This document shows positions 12,401 through 25,580 of a DNA stretch of 64,000 nt, piece by piece. Below the pieces are notes generated by a model that was given only the letters and a program-made list of their open reading frames with translations, had not been told where the DNA came from and searched no databases. Source of the DNA: Eledone cirrhosa (Eukaryota); assembly GCA_964016885.1 (NCBI GenBank), contig OZ024753.1, positions 30,194,001 through 30,258,000 on the forward strand, written 5' to 3'. Position numbers and translations under genes: made by a program. Position 1 is the first letter of the stretch. Each line of letters opens with the position of its first letter.

Positions 12401-13897
12401 ACTCCTACATGACCACCTTACAGTGTGGGCTGGGTGGTTGTTGTTGTGACTCCTACATGACCACCTTACAGTGTGGGCTGGGTGGTTGTTGTTGTGACTC
12501 CTACATGACCATCTTACAGTGTGGGCTGGGTGGTTGTTGTTGTGACTCCTACATGACCATCTTACAGTGTGGGCTGGGTGATTATTGCCGTGACTCCTAC
12601 ATGACCACCTTACAGTGTGGGCTGGGTGGTTGTTGTTGTGACTCCTACATGACCACCTTACAGTGTGGGCTGGGTGGTTGTTGTTGTGACTCCTACATGA
12701 CCACCTTACAGTGTGGGCTGGGTGGTTGTTGTTGTGACTCCTACATGACCACCTTACAGTGTGGGCTGGGTGGTTGTTGTTGTGACTCCTACATGACCAC
12801 CTTACAGTGTGGGCTGGGTGATTATTGCCGTGACTCCTACATGACCACCTTACAGTGTGGGCTGGGTGGTTGTTGCTGTGACTCCTACATGACCACCTTA
12901 CAGTGTGGGCTGGGTGGTTGTTGCTGTGACTCCTACATGACCACCTTACAGTGTGGGCTGGGTGATTATTGCCGTGACTCCTACATGACCACCTTACAGT
13001 GTGGGCTGGGTGGTTGTTGTTGTGACTCCTACATGACCACCTTACAGTGTGGGCTGGGTGGTTGTTGTTGTGACTCCTACATGACCACCTTACAGTGTGG
13101 GCTGGGTTGTTGTTGTTGTGACTCCTACATGACCACCTTACAGTGTGGGCTGGGTGGTTGTTGTTGTGACTCCTACATGACCACCTTACAGTGTGGGCTG
13201 GGTGGTTGTTGTTGTGACTCCTACATGACCACCTTACAGTGTGGGCTGGGTTGTTGTTGTTGTGACTCCTACATGACCACCTTACAGTGTGGGCTGGGTG
13301 GTTGTTGTTGTGACTCCTACATGACCACCTTACAGTGTGGGCTGGGTGGTTGTTGTTGCGACTCCTACATGACCATCTTACAGTGTGGGCTGGGTGGTTG
13401 TTGTTGTGACTCCTACATGACCATCTTACAGTGTGGGCTGGGTGGTTGTTGTTGTGACTCCTACATGACCACCTTACAGTGTGGGCTGGGTGGTTGTTGT
13501 TGTGACTCCTACATGACCACCTTACAGTGTGGGCTGGGTGGTTATTGCTGTGACTCCTACATGACCACCTTACAGTGTGGGCTGGGTGGTTGTTGCCGTG
13601 ACTCCTACATGACCACCTTACAGTGTGGGCTGGGTGGTTGTTGCCGTGACTCCTACATGACCACCTTACAGTGTGGGCTGGGTGGTTGTTGCTGTGACTC
13701 CTACATGACCACCTTACAGTGTGGGCTGGGTGGTTGTTGTTGTGACTCCTACATGACCACCTTACAGTGTGGGCTGGGTGGTTGTTGCCGTGACTCCTAC
13801 ATGACCACCTTACAGTGTGGGCTGGGTGGTTGTTGTTGTGACTCCTACATGACCACCTTACAGTGTGAGCTGGGTGGTTGTTGCCGTGATCCTTACA
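9444..13897. repeat. 48-bp minisatellite, ~93 copies
   Basis: Unit TTACAGTGTGGGCTGGGTGGTTGTTGTTGTGACTCCTACATGACCACC; highly homogeneous. Confidence 0.97.
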
Positions 13898-13898
13898 C

Positions 13899-15098
13899 AG
13901 GTGTATCAAGGACTGAAGGTGTGTCAAGAACTGAGGGTGTGTCAAGGACTGAAGGTGTATCAAGGACTGAGTGTGTGTCAACGACTGAGGGTGTGTCAAG
14001 GACTGAGGGTGTGTCAGGGACTGAGGGTATGTCAAGGACTGAAGGTGTGTCAAGGACTGAGGGTGTATCAAGGACTGGGGTGTGTAAAGGATTGAGGGTG
14101 TGTCAAGGACTGAGGGTGTGTCAAGGATTAAAGGTGTGTCAAGGACTGAAGATGTATCAAGAACTGAAGGTGTATCAAGGACTGAGGATGTGTCAAGGAC
14201 TGAGGGTGTGCCAAGAACTGAGAGTGTGTTAAGGACTGAGGGTGTGTTAAGGACTGAGGGTGTGTCAAGGACTGAAGGTGTGTCAAGGACTGAGGGTGTG
14301 TTAAGGACTGAATGTGTGTTAAGGACTGAGGGTGTGTCAAGGACTGAGGGTATGTCAAAGGCTGAAGGTGTATCAAGGACTGAGGTGTGTCAAGTACTGA
14401 GGGTGTGTCAAGGACTGAAGGTGTGTCAAGAGCTGAGGGTGTGCCAAGAACTGAGAGTTTGTTAAGGACTGAGGGTGTGTCAAGGACTGAAGGTGTGTCA
14501 AGGACTGAAGGTGTGTCAAGGACTGAGGGTGTGTTAAGGACTGAATGTGTGTTAAGGACTGAGGGTGTGTCAAGGACTGAGGGTATGTCAAAGGCTGAAG
14601 GTGTATCAAGGACTGAGGTGTGTCAAGTACTGAGGGTGTGTCAAGGACTGAAGGTGTGTCAAGAGCTGAGGGTGTGTCAAGAGCTGAGGGTGTGTCAAGG
14701 ACTGAAGGTGTGTCAAGGACTGAAGGTGTGTCAAGAGCTGAGGGTGTGTCAAGGACTGACGGTGTGTTAAGGACTGAGGGTGTGTCAAGGACTGAGGGTG
14801 TGTCAAAGACTGAAGGTGTATCAAGGACTGAAGTGTGTCAAGTACTGAAGGTGTGTCAAGAGCTGAGGGTGTGTCAAGAGCTGAGGGTGTGTCAAGGACT
14901 GAAGGTGTGTCAAGGACTGAAGGTGTGTCAAGAGCTGAGGGTGTGTCAAGGACTGAAGGTGTGTCAAGGACTGAGAGTGTGTCAAGGACTGAAGGTGTGT
15001 TAAGGACTGAGGGTGTGTCAAAGACTGAAGGTGTATCAAGGACTGAGGGGTGTAAAGGACTGAGGGTGTGTCAAGGACTAAGGTGTGTTAAGGGCTGA
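13899..15098. repeat. 18-bp minisatellite, ~66 copies
   Basis: Unit GGGTGTGTCAAGGACTGA, with recurring 17-bp variants marking ~215-245-bp higher-order blocks. Confidence 0.95.
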
Positions 15099-16167
15099 CA
15101 TTCATCAAGCACTTGTAGCACAATATGAAAACAGTGTGTTGCTGCTCTTGACTGTCAACAAATGGTGATACAAATGCAGAGCTTGTTTAGCCCTAAAGCT
15201 AAGTCCAGTGTATTTATTTGAATTAAATTAATGATAAAAAAATTTTTTTTCAGACTTTATATATGGTTGCGGTAGAATGACACAATTTTTCAAGAGCTTA
15301 GGTCACCTCTCTCCCCAAATACAATACAGTGACTCCCTCTTAAAAGTGCCACCTCCATAAATGTGTCACCCAGGGCGGACCCTCTCCCCACCCCTAGCTA
15401 TGCTCATAAGAGTGTTTGGTTGTGTTGTCTCACAATTGCCAGCTGTAATGCCATGTATGTTTTGAATTACCTCAAGAAAGAGAAACATGAAATAAAGTCT
15501 CTTGCTCAAGGACACAACGCATCACTAGGTCCGAGAATTGAACTCGCAGCCCCACGATTGCGAATCCAACTTTGTAACTACTAAGCCTTCACAAATAAAA
15601 GACGTAAATAGCTACATGTCGCCGAGAAGAGGTTTAATATATCAATTTAGATGTATCAATGAAAAGAATCTCAATGGCAACCAGGTAGAGAACAGAAAGT
15701 TAGTAGACATCTCGAGCAGGTAGCCTGATACAATGGATTATCTTTTATCTTTTAAAACGTTTATCAAACCCCGCAGGATAAAAAAAAAGAGAGAGAATTT
15801 CAATTATTTTGAAAGCTTACTCATAACCTCGTTTTTCTTTCTCTTATCATTCTACGTCTGACTGTGTCAACTAACAAAGGTAACAGTTGGCAAGACAATG
15901 GTCATGTAATTATAGTTGAAAAAAAAAACAGAACGGTCTCTGTACTTCCAGATATTACTATATTTTAATGATAATTTGATGTGTTTTGAACAAAATTAAT
16001 GGACAAACACATTCTCATATTTGTACTTTAAATAAAACTGTGACAAAAGTGATATCTTAAATATGTAGGGTATATATTTTTGTTGGTAAATTTGTTTTTC
16101 CTAAAGTTTTTGCTCTGCTTTAAACGAACATGGCTTTGAAATAGGCCAGAAATTATCCGTTTATTAT

Positions 16168-16452
16168 TTAACGGGGACAAAGGTACGCTTGGAGTTCTCG
16201 GGTATGGAGGTGAATATTACACCTGTCATGCTTTGGAGGTGAGTATTACACCTGTCATGCTTTGGAGGTGAATATTACACCTGTCTTGCTTTGGAGGTGA
16301 AATTTATGTTTATCCTATTGTGTGTTTTAAACAAATAGGACATTCAAAACTTGGAAATCATGCGTTTTTCACTTAACTGAAAATAATCCAAAGCTAGACC
16401 TGCGTAATATTCACCTCCAAACCCGAGAACTTAGAAGGTGCTACCCCGTTAA
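16168..16452. mobile_element. Foldback/MITE-like element with internal 29-bp tandem repeats
   Basis: Termini TTAACGGGG...CCCCGTTAA. Inner inverted repeats AGTTCTCGGGT.TGGAGGTGAATATTAC / GTAATATTCACCTCCA.ACCCGAGAACT. Three 29-bp repeats at 16206-16300. Confidence 0.6.
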
Positions 16453-16599
16453 AAAAAAAGCGATTCATTTCCGACAGTTTTGAATGTGATTTTCGTTCAA
16501 AACACATAAAAGACAACAGGAAAAACGTATTAATAATACGAGAGGAGTGTAATTGTAAAAATGAACCTTTTTGTTAACACTCCATAGTAAGAGAAAGGT

Positions 16600-16924
16600 C
16601 AGACCTACCAACCTCTAAAAACCCAAACCGGGAGTACCTTGAAAAAAACAGCCCCAAAACGGGGAGAAATGAGGCAGAATGGGGAGGTCTTACATAATTG
16701 TTTCTACTTTAGGCACAAGGCCAGCAATCACCCAGTGCATTACTGGTACTTTATTTTATCGACCCCGTAAGGATGAAAGGCAAAGTCAACCTCGGCGGGA
16801 TTTGAACTCAGGGGAAATCTTACATAATGAAAGCTATACTCATTTTCACAAGAGAAGACATCTCTCACCCACCCCAAAGTGGGTGGCTGATCTCCCCGTC
16901 AGACGGGGAGAGCTGACAGGGCTG
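16600..16924 (+). mobile_element. MITE with CAGACCTG-type TIRs, containing a SINE family 1 insertion (16699-16810)
   Basis: Same element as 17193-17349, 29730-29898, 33623-34007 and 50438-50698. Confidence 0.8.
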
Positions 16925-17192
16925 TAATATACTGTTTATGTTTAGAGAATGACATAAACGTAGACATTTAAAATTCATCAATTTACTAAAAAGTAAAGAT
17001 TTCGAGCTTAACAAAAAGAAGAACCAATACATTTTTTAAATACTAAATTTTTGTCATGCTCTTAAATACTAATTCACAAGCAATTTATGTTTCTCCTATT
17101 GTTTTTGGTGTGTTTGAAACAAATTGGAAATTATCTCCAACAACTTTAACTTTGAAAGCATTTAGTTAGTGATATTTTTGAAACAGAAATTG

Positions 17193-17349
17193 CAGACCTG
17201 CCAACCTCTGAAGACCATGAAAAAAGGTGCCCCAAAACGCGGAGAAATGAGGCAAAATGGGGAGACTACATAATGAAATCTCTACCCATTTTCAAAAGAG
17301 AAGACATCTCTCACCCACCCCAAAATGGGTAGGAGAGTTGACATGTCTG
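17193..17349 (+). mobile_element. MITE with CAGACCTG-type TIRs (copy without SINE)
   Basis: CAGACCTGCCAACC...GTTGACATGTCTG, flanked by an AAATTG direct repeat. Confidence 0.8.
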
Positions 17350-17448
17350 AAATTGATAAATATTCTAAAGGAGAAAAAAACAAAAACCAAAAAAAAACCC
17401 TCATGAGAACAATAATAATAATGAGGAGAAGACAAGCAGATATCTCAC

Positions 17449-17686
17449 CTACTATATCGGACAAACGATCCCCTAGTCCGTAGTTCAGCAATATTCCACC
17501 TCTGAAGAGTCCATAGTGTACAGAACCGTGGTACCGACGTGTATTGGCTATGTTTTCTTTTCCTGTCACCAGTTTTGGTTCGACACACACCCAATAATCT
17601 GTTGCTAAAGACATCATTAATGTGACAATTGCTCCTGTTATAAACAACAGTGTGATGACAATAAACGGACGCTTTCTCTTCTCCAT
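17449..17686 (-). CDS. Clarin-family (CLRN-like) first coding exon, copy B
   Basis: Translation MEKRKRPFIVITLLFITGAIVTLMMSLATDYWVCVEP...GSVHYGLFRGGILLNYGLGDRLSDIV carries clarin motifs. Donor AG|GTGAGA at 17449/17448; 238 nt, phase 1. About 45% identical to copy A by manual alignment. Confidence 0.87.
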
Positions 17687-18676
17687 TGATTAAATGTCAA
17701 ACTTGTTTCTTAAGTTCTTAAGTTCATTTACACGAGATTCCTTTTCTGTTTTGTCGTTGTTGTTGGTTTTATCATAAAAAGAACAGACGATTATTTTCAC
17801 TTCATCTATGATTCTACTTGGTCGAAATTAATTATTTCTTCTGATACAACACATTATTGCCATGACGATCTACATTATAAGCAAACGAAATAATTAATGA
17901 CTTTGATTGATCTCGCCCACCTCTCTTTCTCTCTTTGTCTTGCTCATTATATATTTAGCCTCTTCATTCGATTCAATATATAACAATACTCTCTGACCTG
18001 ACCTAACTAACGCTTTAAAGCAGTCTAATGTTTACCTAAATTCACATTGATACATATAGCCAACTGATGCTAATAACTGATATTGATCGCATCCATCCCT
18101 CTTGTTATTAATTCAGCTGTGGATTTCTACTAATTAACACGATTTATTTATTTAACAAATCCCAAGGTTAATGACATCGGTGATAAAAAAAAAATACAAA
18201 TTCAAATGGTGAAAATAAAAAGAAAGGATGTAATCCAATTTCTGTCACAGTTAAAGGATTAAAAAAAAAGACAAAAGTGGAATAAAATTTTATCTGTTTA
18301 TTATTGAAGTTCGAAATACAATGACATATTGTGAAGTTTATCATGTTAAATGAAATGTACTAAGCTAGACAAAGCTTATTGTTTAAACTTATTTAATTCT
18401 CTAATCAACCCAAACTATATTCTATTAGTTCTGTTTCCTTGTTCTTGATCTTGTTGATTGGTGTTATCCCCTCCCCCTGCTGTGATAACATTGGTAGTGG
18501 TGGTGAAAGGTAATGCCAACCAAGACTGGATTAAACGTCAAGCCAAATAAGCACATACTTAAGGCATCAATGGTTGAGAGGAGGAGCGACCATTTTATTT
18601 AATTATTTAATTAAATTTATCATTAAAAAAAAAAAAAAATTTTCAGACTTTATACATGGTGGTGGTGGCGGCGGGG

Positions 18677-18736
<60 letters not shown>

Positions 18737-19598
18737 AATCTTTTAAGAGATTAGTGTCTCAAAGGTACTTAATCCAACCCTGCACAAGTGTGATGGATCA
18801 GGGAGGAGCTGGGACCAGGTCCTGATTTTAGGGGTGGGGGGGTGCCTCGGGTGCCCTGCAGTGGGGGCCGTAGCAATTTATTTGTGCTCTCAGCGGGGCT
18901 TTTTAGTTTTAGGATGGTTAGAATTTTTGAATTTAATACCTGTATGTATAACTTTTCAATCCAATTACTTGCACCAAGTTAACTTTGATATGTAAAATTG
19001 GGGAGTTTGCTCTGTATTCTAATTTTTTGTGTATGAGGCTTCCCTCCCAAACCTGAAGTGTCCCAGGCCCTCAAGGTCTAAATCCAACCTTAGCTGTGAC
19101 ATCCGACCACGTCTTGTGCTAGTAACAACATCGAACAAGTTTGTGTGGAACAGGTTGATGACTACAAGTAGAAAATAATATGTAAACTAGTTTTGATTCT
19201 GACTATGATATCATCCACAACAGACGTGACCATGGTTAATATAATAACAATGACAACTTAATTGACATGTCATATTCTAACCTGTTCTGTTGTGAATACA
19301 GGAAGATCATCTTTAATTATGTACGAACAAATAATGTTTCCACTAATACAGAAAAAATAGTGCATTGCGGATAATTTATGATTCAGTCTCATATAAATGC
19401 CAAGATATACAGGGGCGGTGGAACTAGGGGCGTGGACTCCCCCTCCCTAATAATTATATATTTTCTCCGCTATCTACCAAAACACACCCCTATTTGTATA
19501 TACTCTACAATTTATGTCCACATGTTTAGCTCATATCAAAGTTTTTTTTATATCTTGGTTGATATTTGATAGTGATATCTATTATAGGCATTATTATT

Positions 19599-19782
19599 GG
19601 CGGTGGATTGGCAGTATCGGTAGAGGGTCGGACGCCATACTTTCCAGCATAGTTACGTCCCTTTACGATCTGAGTTCAAATCCCGCCGAGGTTGACTTTG
19701 CCTTTCATCCTTACGGGGTCGATAAAATAAAGTACCAGTAATGCACTGGGTAATTGCTGGCCTTGTGCCTAAAGTAGAAACA
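19599..19782 (+). mobile_element. SINE family 1, full-length
   Basis: Head GGCGGTGGATTGGCAGTATCGGTAG (A-box-like), B-box GAGTTCAAATCCC, tail GTAGAAACA, and a 17-bp TSD GATATCTATTATAGGCA. Confidence 0.92.
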
Positions 19783-21233
19783 GATATCTATTATAGGCAC
19801 AAAGCCAACAATTTGGAGGAGAGGGAAGTCAATTAAATTGACCTCAGTGCATTACTGGTGCTTTATTTTATCGACCCCAGGGAGTTGATTTGGGTACAAT
19901 GGTTGTCCTTGAACCTAAATCAGAAAGTACCTTTCAAATAGTAGGGGTTAGTTAATGTCCCTATAAAGCATCATAAATGTGAATGGAATTATAATAGCAG
20001 ACTAAGACTTGCATCCTCAGGAGAGTAGTAGTAGTAGTAGCAGCAGCGGCGGTGGTGGTAGTAGCAACAGTAATAGTAGTAAAATAGTTGTTGCAGCAGT
20101 AGTAGCAATAGTAGTATGGTAGAGAGAGGTAAAGTATTTGGAAGCCGAAGACCTGACGTCTTTTCAGCAGTGATTCTTGGTTGAGATAATCACACATTTT
20201 TGTCGGTCATAAGATTTTCCCCTGATAGCCCCTAAATAATAAAATTTTAAAAATTAATACCAATTATAAGATTAACAATGGAATAAGCTGATTAGAGTAT
20301 CAACCTCTAAAAGTGGAAAAGGTTTAAATGTTGCTACTTAACAGTATATAAGGCGGCGAATTGACAGAGTCGCTAGAACATCAGACAGAATGCTTTGTGG
20401 TGTTCGTTCTAGCTCTCAACTCTCGGAGTTCAAATCTCGGCAAGGTGAACTTTGCCTTTCATCCTTTCGAGGTGGGTAAAAAAAAGTACCAGTCTAGTAC
20501 TGGGTCGATTCTTTCTCTACATCTTTCTTATTTCCTCTCTCTCACTTTCTATCTTTCTCTGGAAGAAATCTGCCTGGAGATGGATGGGCTCCGCCAGGCT
20601 TAAAATGCCCAAGAAATGTTGTATGTCAATACGACGCCCCTACGACTCTATCAGAAGTTACGGAACCATACTTAATTCTTAATATTCTTTACCACATGAA
20701 ACCACACTAGAGGTGTAGTCATAAAAAGTGCAAAACAGGACCATGACTGCATCACATTAATAGATAAAGTCTTTACTTAAGTTTACTGCGAATTTTCACA
20801 AAGATCTGTCCACTAGAGAAGATACTATAAACATTTGAATTAAGAAACCTTTTTTTTTATATATTTTTTGCTAAATCATGACAAGATATTAAGAGTTGAC
20901 AGCTACCTATTCATAACGAATACTAAGTCACAAAATATGTCATTTTACGCTTATAACACAATGGGTGGTGTTTTTTTTTAAGAAATTCAAAACGACATGC
21001 TCTTTGACTGTTTTAAAAATAACATATATAGCCACTCCTAATTTATGAAACACTTTATCTTCTAGATATATATCGAGATTAAAGTTTAGTAGGTATATAA
21101 ATATTTAATTGTGCGTGCACACACACACATACACACTCGTACGTACAAACACATACACATGTATGTATGGTGATGCTAAAGGTATATACATAAATACACA
21201 TTCATAACACCGACCCATCCCCATATATATATG

Positions 21234-21267
<34 letters not shown>

Positions 21268-21272
<5 letters not shown>

Positions 21273-21325
21273 GTAAGTATGTATGTATACGTACATACAT
21301 ATATGTATACAGACGTACAGTAGCA

Positions 21326-21383
<58 letters not shown>

Positions 21384-21984
21384 CAGGTACTCATACATAT
21401 ATGTACGTATCAGTTTAGCGGACGCTTATTATAGCGCCCGCTTTGTTCGTTTGTAAACAAACTGAACAGCCTGAATTTATGCCGTACGGTGTTAAGGCAA
21501 CCACGTCACCTTTTTGTTCAACACTGACACAGGAACGATGTACTAGTTTCAAGCTTGTTAGCTATCATCAGCATCGTATACCCTTCTGCCAGATGGTTGA
21601 ACGTTCGAAAGTATATACTTTCCTTATGAAAATTAACGGCTGAGCAGCCTAATTTGCATATCTAGTGAGTCCGGCCAGGCGTACCGAGAACGACCGGACT
21701 CACTCGATATGCAAATTAGGCTGCTCAGCCGTTAATTTTCATAAGGAAAGTATATACTTTCGAACGTTCAACCATCTGGCAGAAGGGTATACGATGCTGA
21801 TGATAGCTAACAAGCTTGAAACTAGTACAGCGTTCCTGTGTCAGTGTTGAACAAAAAGGTGACGTGGTTGCCTTAACACCGTACGGCATAAATTCAGGCT
21901 GTTCAGTTTGTTTACAAACGAACAAAGCGGGCGCTATAATAAGCGTCCGCTAAACTGATACGTACATATATGTATGTGTACCTG

Positions 21985-22028
<44 letters not shown>

Positions 22029-22086
22029 TGCTACTGTACGTCTGTATACATATATGTATGTACGTATACATACATACTTACATTTA
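21268..22086. repeat. Large near-perfect palindrome (arms ~400 bp, 19-nt loop at 21675-21693)
   Basis: Mirror ORFs 21443-21643(+) and 21725-21925(-). About 3 substitutions between arms, plus different (TA)n lengths. Confidence 0.95.
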
Positions 22087-22158
22087 AGTAAGTGCCGTAC
22101 TAAGAGTGAGAAATGAAATTTCGTTTTCATTTTATTACAACTTATATATATATATATA

Positions 22159-22538
22159 CTAGCTGAATTACCCGCGTCTTGCTGCGTTTCACACATTGTT
22201 TTTGTAAGAAAATGATGATTGATTTTAAGTCAGAGATATAATTTATGGAGAAAAACTCCATTAGGGTGTCTTAATATTATTGAAATTTGCTGAAATTTTG
22301 TGAATAGGCATCATATCTTGTCATTTACCTATGGTTTAAATTTCATATAAATCGAAGGGAAAAGATTTTCAGCAGCGATTTGTGCCCTCGGGGAACCCCC
22401 TTTGATTAAAATGAAATATACTTATCCAAGTACCCTGGGTAATGTAGTTTCAGAATATATATGGTTATGGGGGTCTATCTCCAAAAACCATAGGAGGAGT
22501 TCGTGAACAAACAAACAAACCAACAGACAGGAACTACA

Positions 22539-22545
<7 letters not shown>
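22159..22545 (-). mobile_element. Non-autonomous Helitron-like element
   Basis: Minus-strand 3' end ...CGCAGCAAGACGCGGGTAATTCAGCTAG|T has a CTAG terminus and a GC-rich subterminal motif. The 5' region has an AT-rich start followed by CTGT/TTGT repeats, as in Lep1-type non-autonomous Helitrons. Confidence 0.6.
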
Positions 22546-22616
<71 letters not shown>

Positions 22617-22709
22617 AGAGAGAGTCTGCGGTGCTGAAACCGAAAAAACAAAACAAATAAACTAACAAACAAGGGAAGCAACAACATTATTAAAAATAAT
22701 AATAATAAT

Positions 22710-22888
22710 TGTTTCTACTTTTGGCACAAGGCCAGCAATTACCCAGTTCATTACTGGTACTTTATTTTATCGACCCCGTAAGGATGAAAGGTAAAGTTAA
22801 CCTCGGTGGGATTTGAACTCAGATTGAAAAGGGACGTAACTCTATGCGTCAAAGCATGGCGTCCAACCCTCTACCGATACTGCCAATC
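22710..22888 (-). mobile_element. SINE family 1
   Basis: Near full-length match inserted in (TAA)n. Confidence 0.9.
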
Positions 22889-23027
22889 TATAATAATAAT
22901 ATAAGGGGAAAAACTGCCAAGGTAATACGATTTCATGGAAGATAACTCTGGGTGATCATTAAAAGTTTATAGCATTTATATTATACGCATACTTATCTCT
23001 TTCTCCATCCATATATTCCTTAGAGGG

Positions 23028-23500
23028 TTATGGGGTCAGAGTCTTCAGACACTCCTTCCAGAGGGTCCTATCAGAAGTAACCATCTCTAAATGATCTGGC
23101 TGAATTCCCAAGTGAGACCGACCAAGCTTATGCATGTTGTCCAACCATCTTGCTCGTGGTCTTCCACTGGGTCTCCTGCTGGATGACTTTTCCTTCAAAA
23201 TATGTCCAGTGATTATTTCCTTCGTCATTCTAACTACATTCTGGAGCTATGATATCTTCATTTGGATGGAGAAATAAAGACTCTTTCATAGAGTCTCATG
23301 TTACTCCATGAGTAACATTACTCCCTATTGAATAATGTTACTCCAAAGACCCTTCAGACAAACACCATTTCGGCAGCTTGTAATCACAATCATATTCTAT
23401 CGGTCTTTACCCAAGATTTATGACCACAGATAAGAGTAGGCACGAACACCGAATTGAAGAAAATGAGTTTGACTATTACACTTACCTCCCTTCTCTCAGT
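23028..23500 (-). mobile_element. RTE-clade LINE 3' fragment
   Basis: RRPSGRPRARWLDNM...DRTLW C-terminal signature. Related fragments lie at 8960-9080(+) and 33370-33535(+). Confidence 0.7.
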
Positions 23501-24417
23501 CAATATTTTAAAGTGTATACATCCATATTATATCTATACATAGCCATCAACAAATTACAATAATTAATTATTATTCATACATTTTTATGAAATATATAAA
23601 GCTGACAAGATTTTTAAATGACACTAGATACTTTACAAATGGCGTCACTGTTTGCAATTATAACAGATTTCTGCTCTGAAGAATGAACACCAACAGTTCA
23701 ATCAACCAGAAGAATTTGTTACTTCATTATTGAGAAATGACAAACATTAAAATTATTGCTAGAATGATAATAATAATTGTTTCTATTTTTGGCACAAGGC
23801 CAGCAATTATTCCAGTGCATTACTGGTGCTTTATTTTATCGACCCCGTAAGGGTGAAAGGCAAAGTTAACCTCGGCGGGATTTCAACTCGTAGAATGATA
23901 ATAATAACCGTAAAATGATAATAATAATGGTTTCTGATTTAGGCACAAGGCCAGCAATTTGAACGGGAGGGGAAGTCAATTAAATCGACACCAGTGCATT
24001 ACTGGTGCTTTATTTTATCGACTCCGTAAGAATGAAAGGCAAATATTAGTGAAAAGATAAAAACTCTAGTGTAGAGTTTGTACATTTGTGCTAGTTCCAA
24101 ATAGTTATAATTATATATTACTAAGCAGCTTATTGATAATCCAACTCAGCTAAATTCTAATGTTGATCCATTGATATTATTTATATCTGTAAGGAGAAGA
24201 AAATACGCAAAGTATTAAGGTTTCTGGTACCAACGTGCCCCCCACCCCCACCCAAACTGCCCATTTCTATAAAACAAAAATAACCCATTTTAAAGGGTTC
24301 CTATTTAAATTTAAAATTTCCAGCATAATTTGATATAAAAACCGTTTATGTTAGAAATACTTTCTTAATAATGAAACAATAATTTTAGTAAATCCCTCCA
24401 AAGTCTCCATTAAATAA

Positions 24418-24853
24418 TTGTTTCTACTTTTGGCACAAGGCCAGCAATTGCCCAGTGTATTACTGGTACTTTATTTTATCGACCCCGTAAGGATGAAAGG
24501 CAAAGTTAACCTCGGCGGGATTTGAACGCAGAATGGCAAGGGACGTAACTCTATGCGTCAAAGCATGGCGTCCGACCCTCTACCGATACTGCCAATTCAC
24601 CGCCAGTCTCCATTAAATAATGGAAATAGAAATATAATGTGCTTGGTTAGAAATACAATAACGATAAAAGTTTGCATTGGCAGTATCGGTGGAAGGTTGG
24701 ATGCCATGCTTTGCAGCAGAGTTACGCCCCTTTACGGTCTGAGTTCAAATCCCGCCGAGGTTAACTTTGCCTTTCATCCTTACGGGGTCGCTAAAATAAA
24801 GTACCAGTAATGTACTGAAATAATTGCTGGCCTTGTGCCAAAAATAGAAACAA
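24418..24853. mobile_element. Head-to-head pair of SINE family 1 copies (24418-24604 minus; 24676-24853 plus)
   Basis: Both match the consensus. The first has a 17-bp TSD AGTCTCCATTAAATAAT. Confidence 0.9.
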
Positions 24854-25470
24854 TTATAAATTACTCCCAAATCGACAAGGGAGATAACTCTCAATTTTTT
24901 AATGAACTAAATGTCATAAAGTTATAGTGACAGCTCTGGGCATGTCTTGTTATTAGTGGACTTTCTCAATGAAGCACAGTCAGCAACATAATCGCAGAAC
25001 AACTTGGAGAATATATACATTCTGGTGTGAATATAACTCACCATCATCATTATTATCATAATAGAATCTGGTGAATCGGACGAGATATTTTAATTTTCTT
25101 TAAACGAAATCTCTATTCAATGAAACCTAACTTCCCAATGTAAAACTGACCATAAAACAAAATTAACGACAGAGGAAATGACACACATATTCTATATATA
25201 AGTATATGGTGAAGAATAAGTATTCATAATGGGTTTTTACAAAAACGTATTCGGAAATTTTCCCTTACAGATATTTCGACAGGTTTGACGACTATGCAGT
25301 GTGTTGGTTCCATTGTATCAATCTGGCTTTTAGAGATGGTCATCTGAACATTATTTTTATCCACTCATGATTCCCTGGAGAACCTGGGGTGGAGAAATAG
25401 AGGAACTGATAAAATTCAATCTCTCCTCTCTCAATATCAGCTTCTCTAACTGGTCGTCTACCTGCAAATA

Positions 25471-25580
<110 letters not shown>

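Noticed and set aside
9068-14232. 1583-aa Cys-rich ORF (MTTLQCGLGGCCCDSY)n and 1667-aa His-rich antisense ORF, resembling metallothionein or structural proteins
   Set aside because: The 48-bp unit is a multiple of 3 and stop-free on both strands. The array derives from a SINE segment, its sister array uses a frame-breaking 49-bp unit, and there is no signal peptide or splice context.
13865-15098. (GVSRTE)n ORFs
   Set aside because: 18-bp satellite with recurrent 17-bp frameshifting units.
19599-19782. tRNA gene
   Set aside because: A and B boxes are present but belong to a multi-copy SINE head; there is no complete cloverleaf.
21443-21925. Two identical 66-aa ORFs on opposite strands
   Set aside because: They are a consequence of the palindrome, use a non-ATG start and contain no recognisable domain.
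23670-23715. CTGAAGA followed by a TGAAC/GTTCA stem as another hammerhead
   Set aside because: No GAAA after the stem and no stem III.
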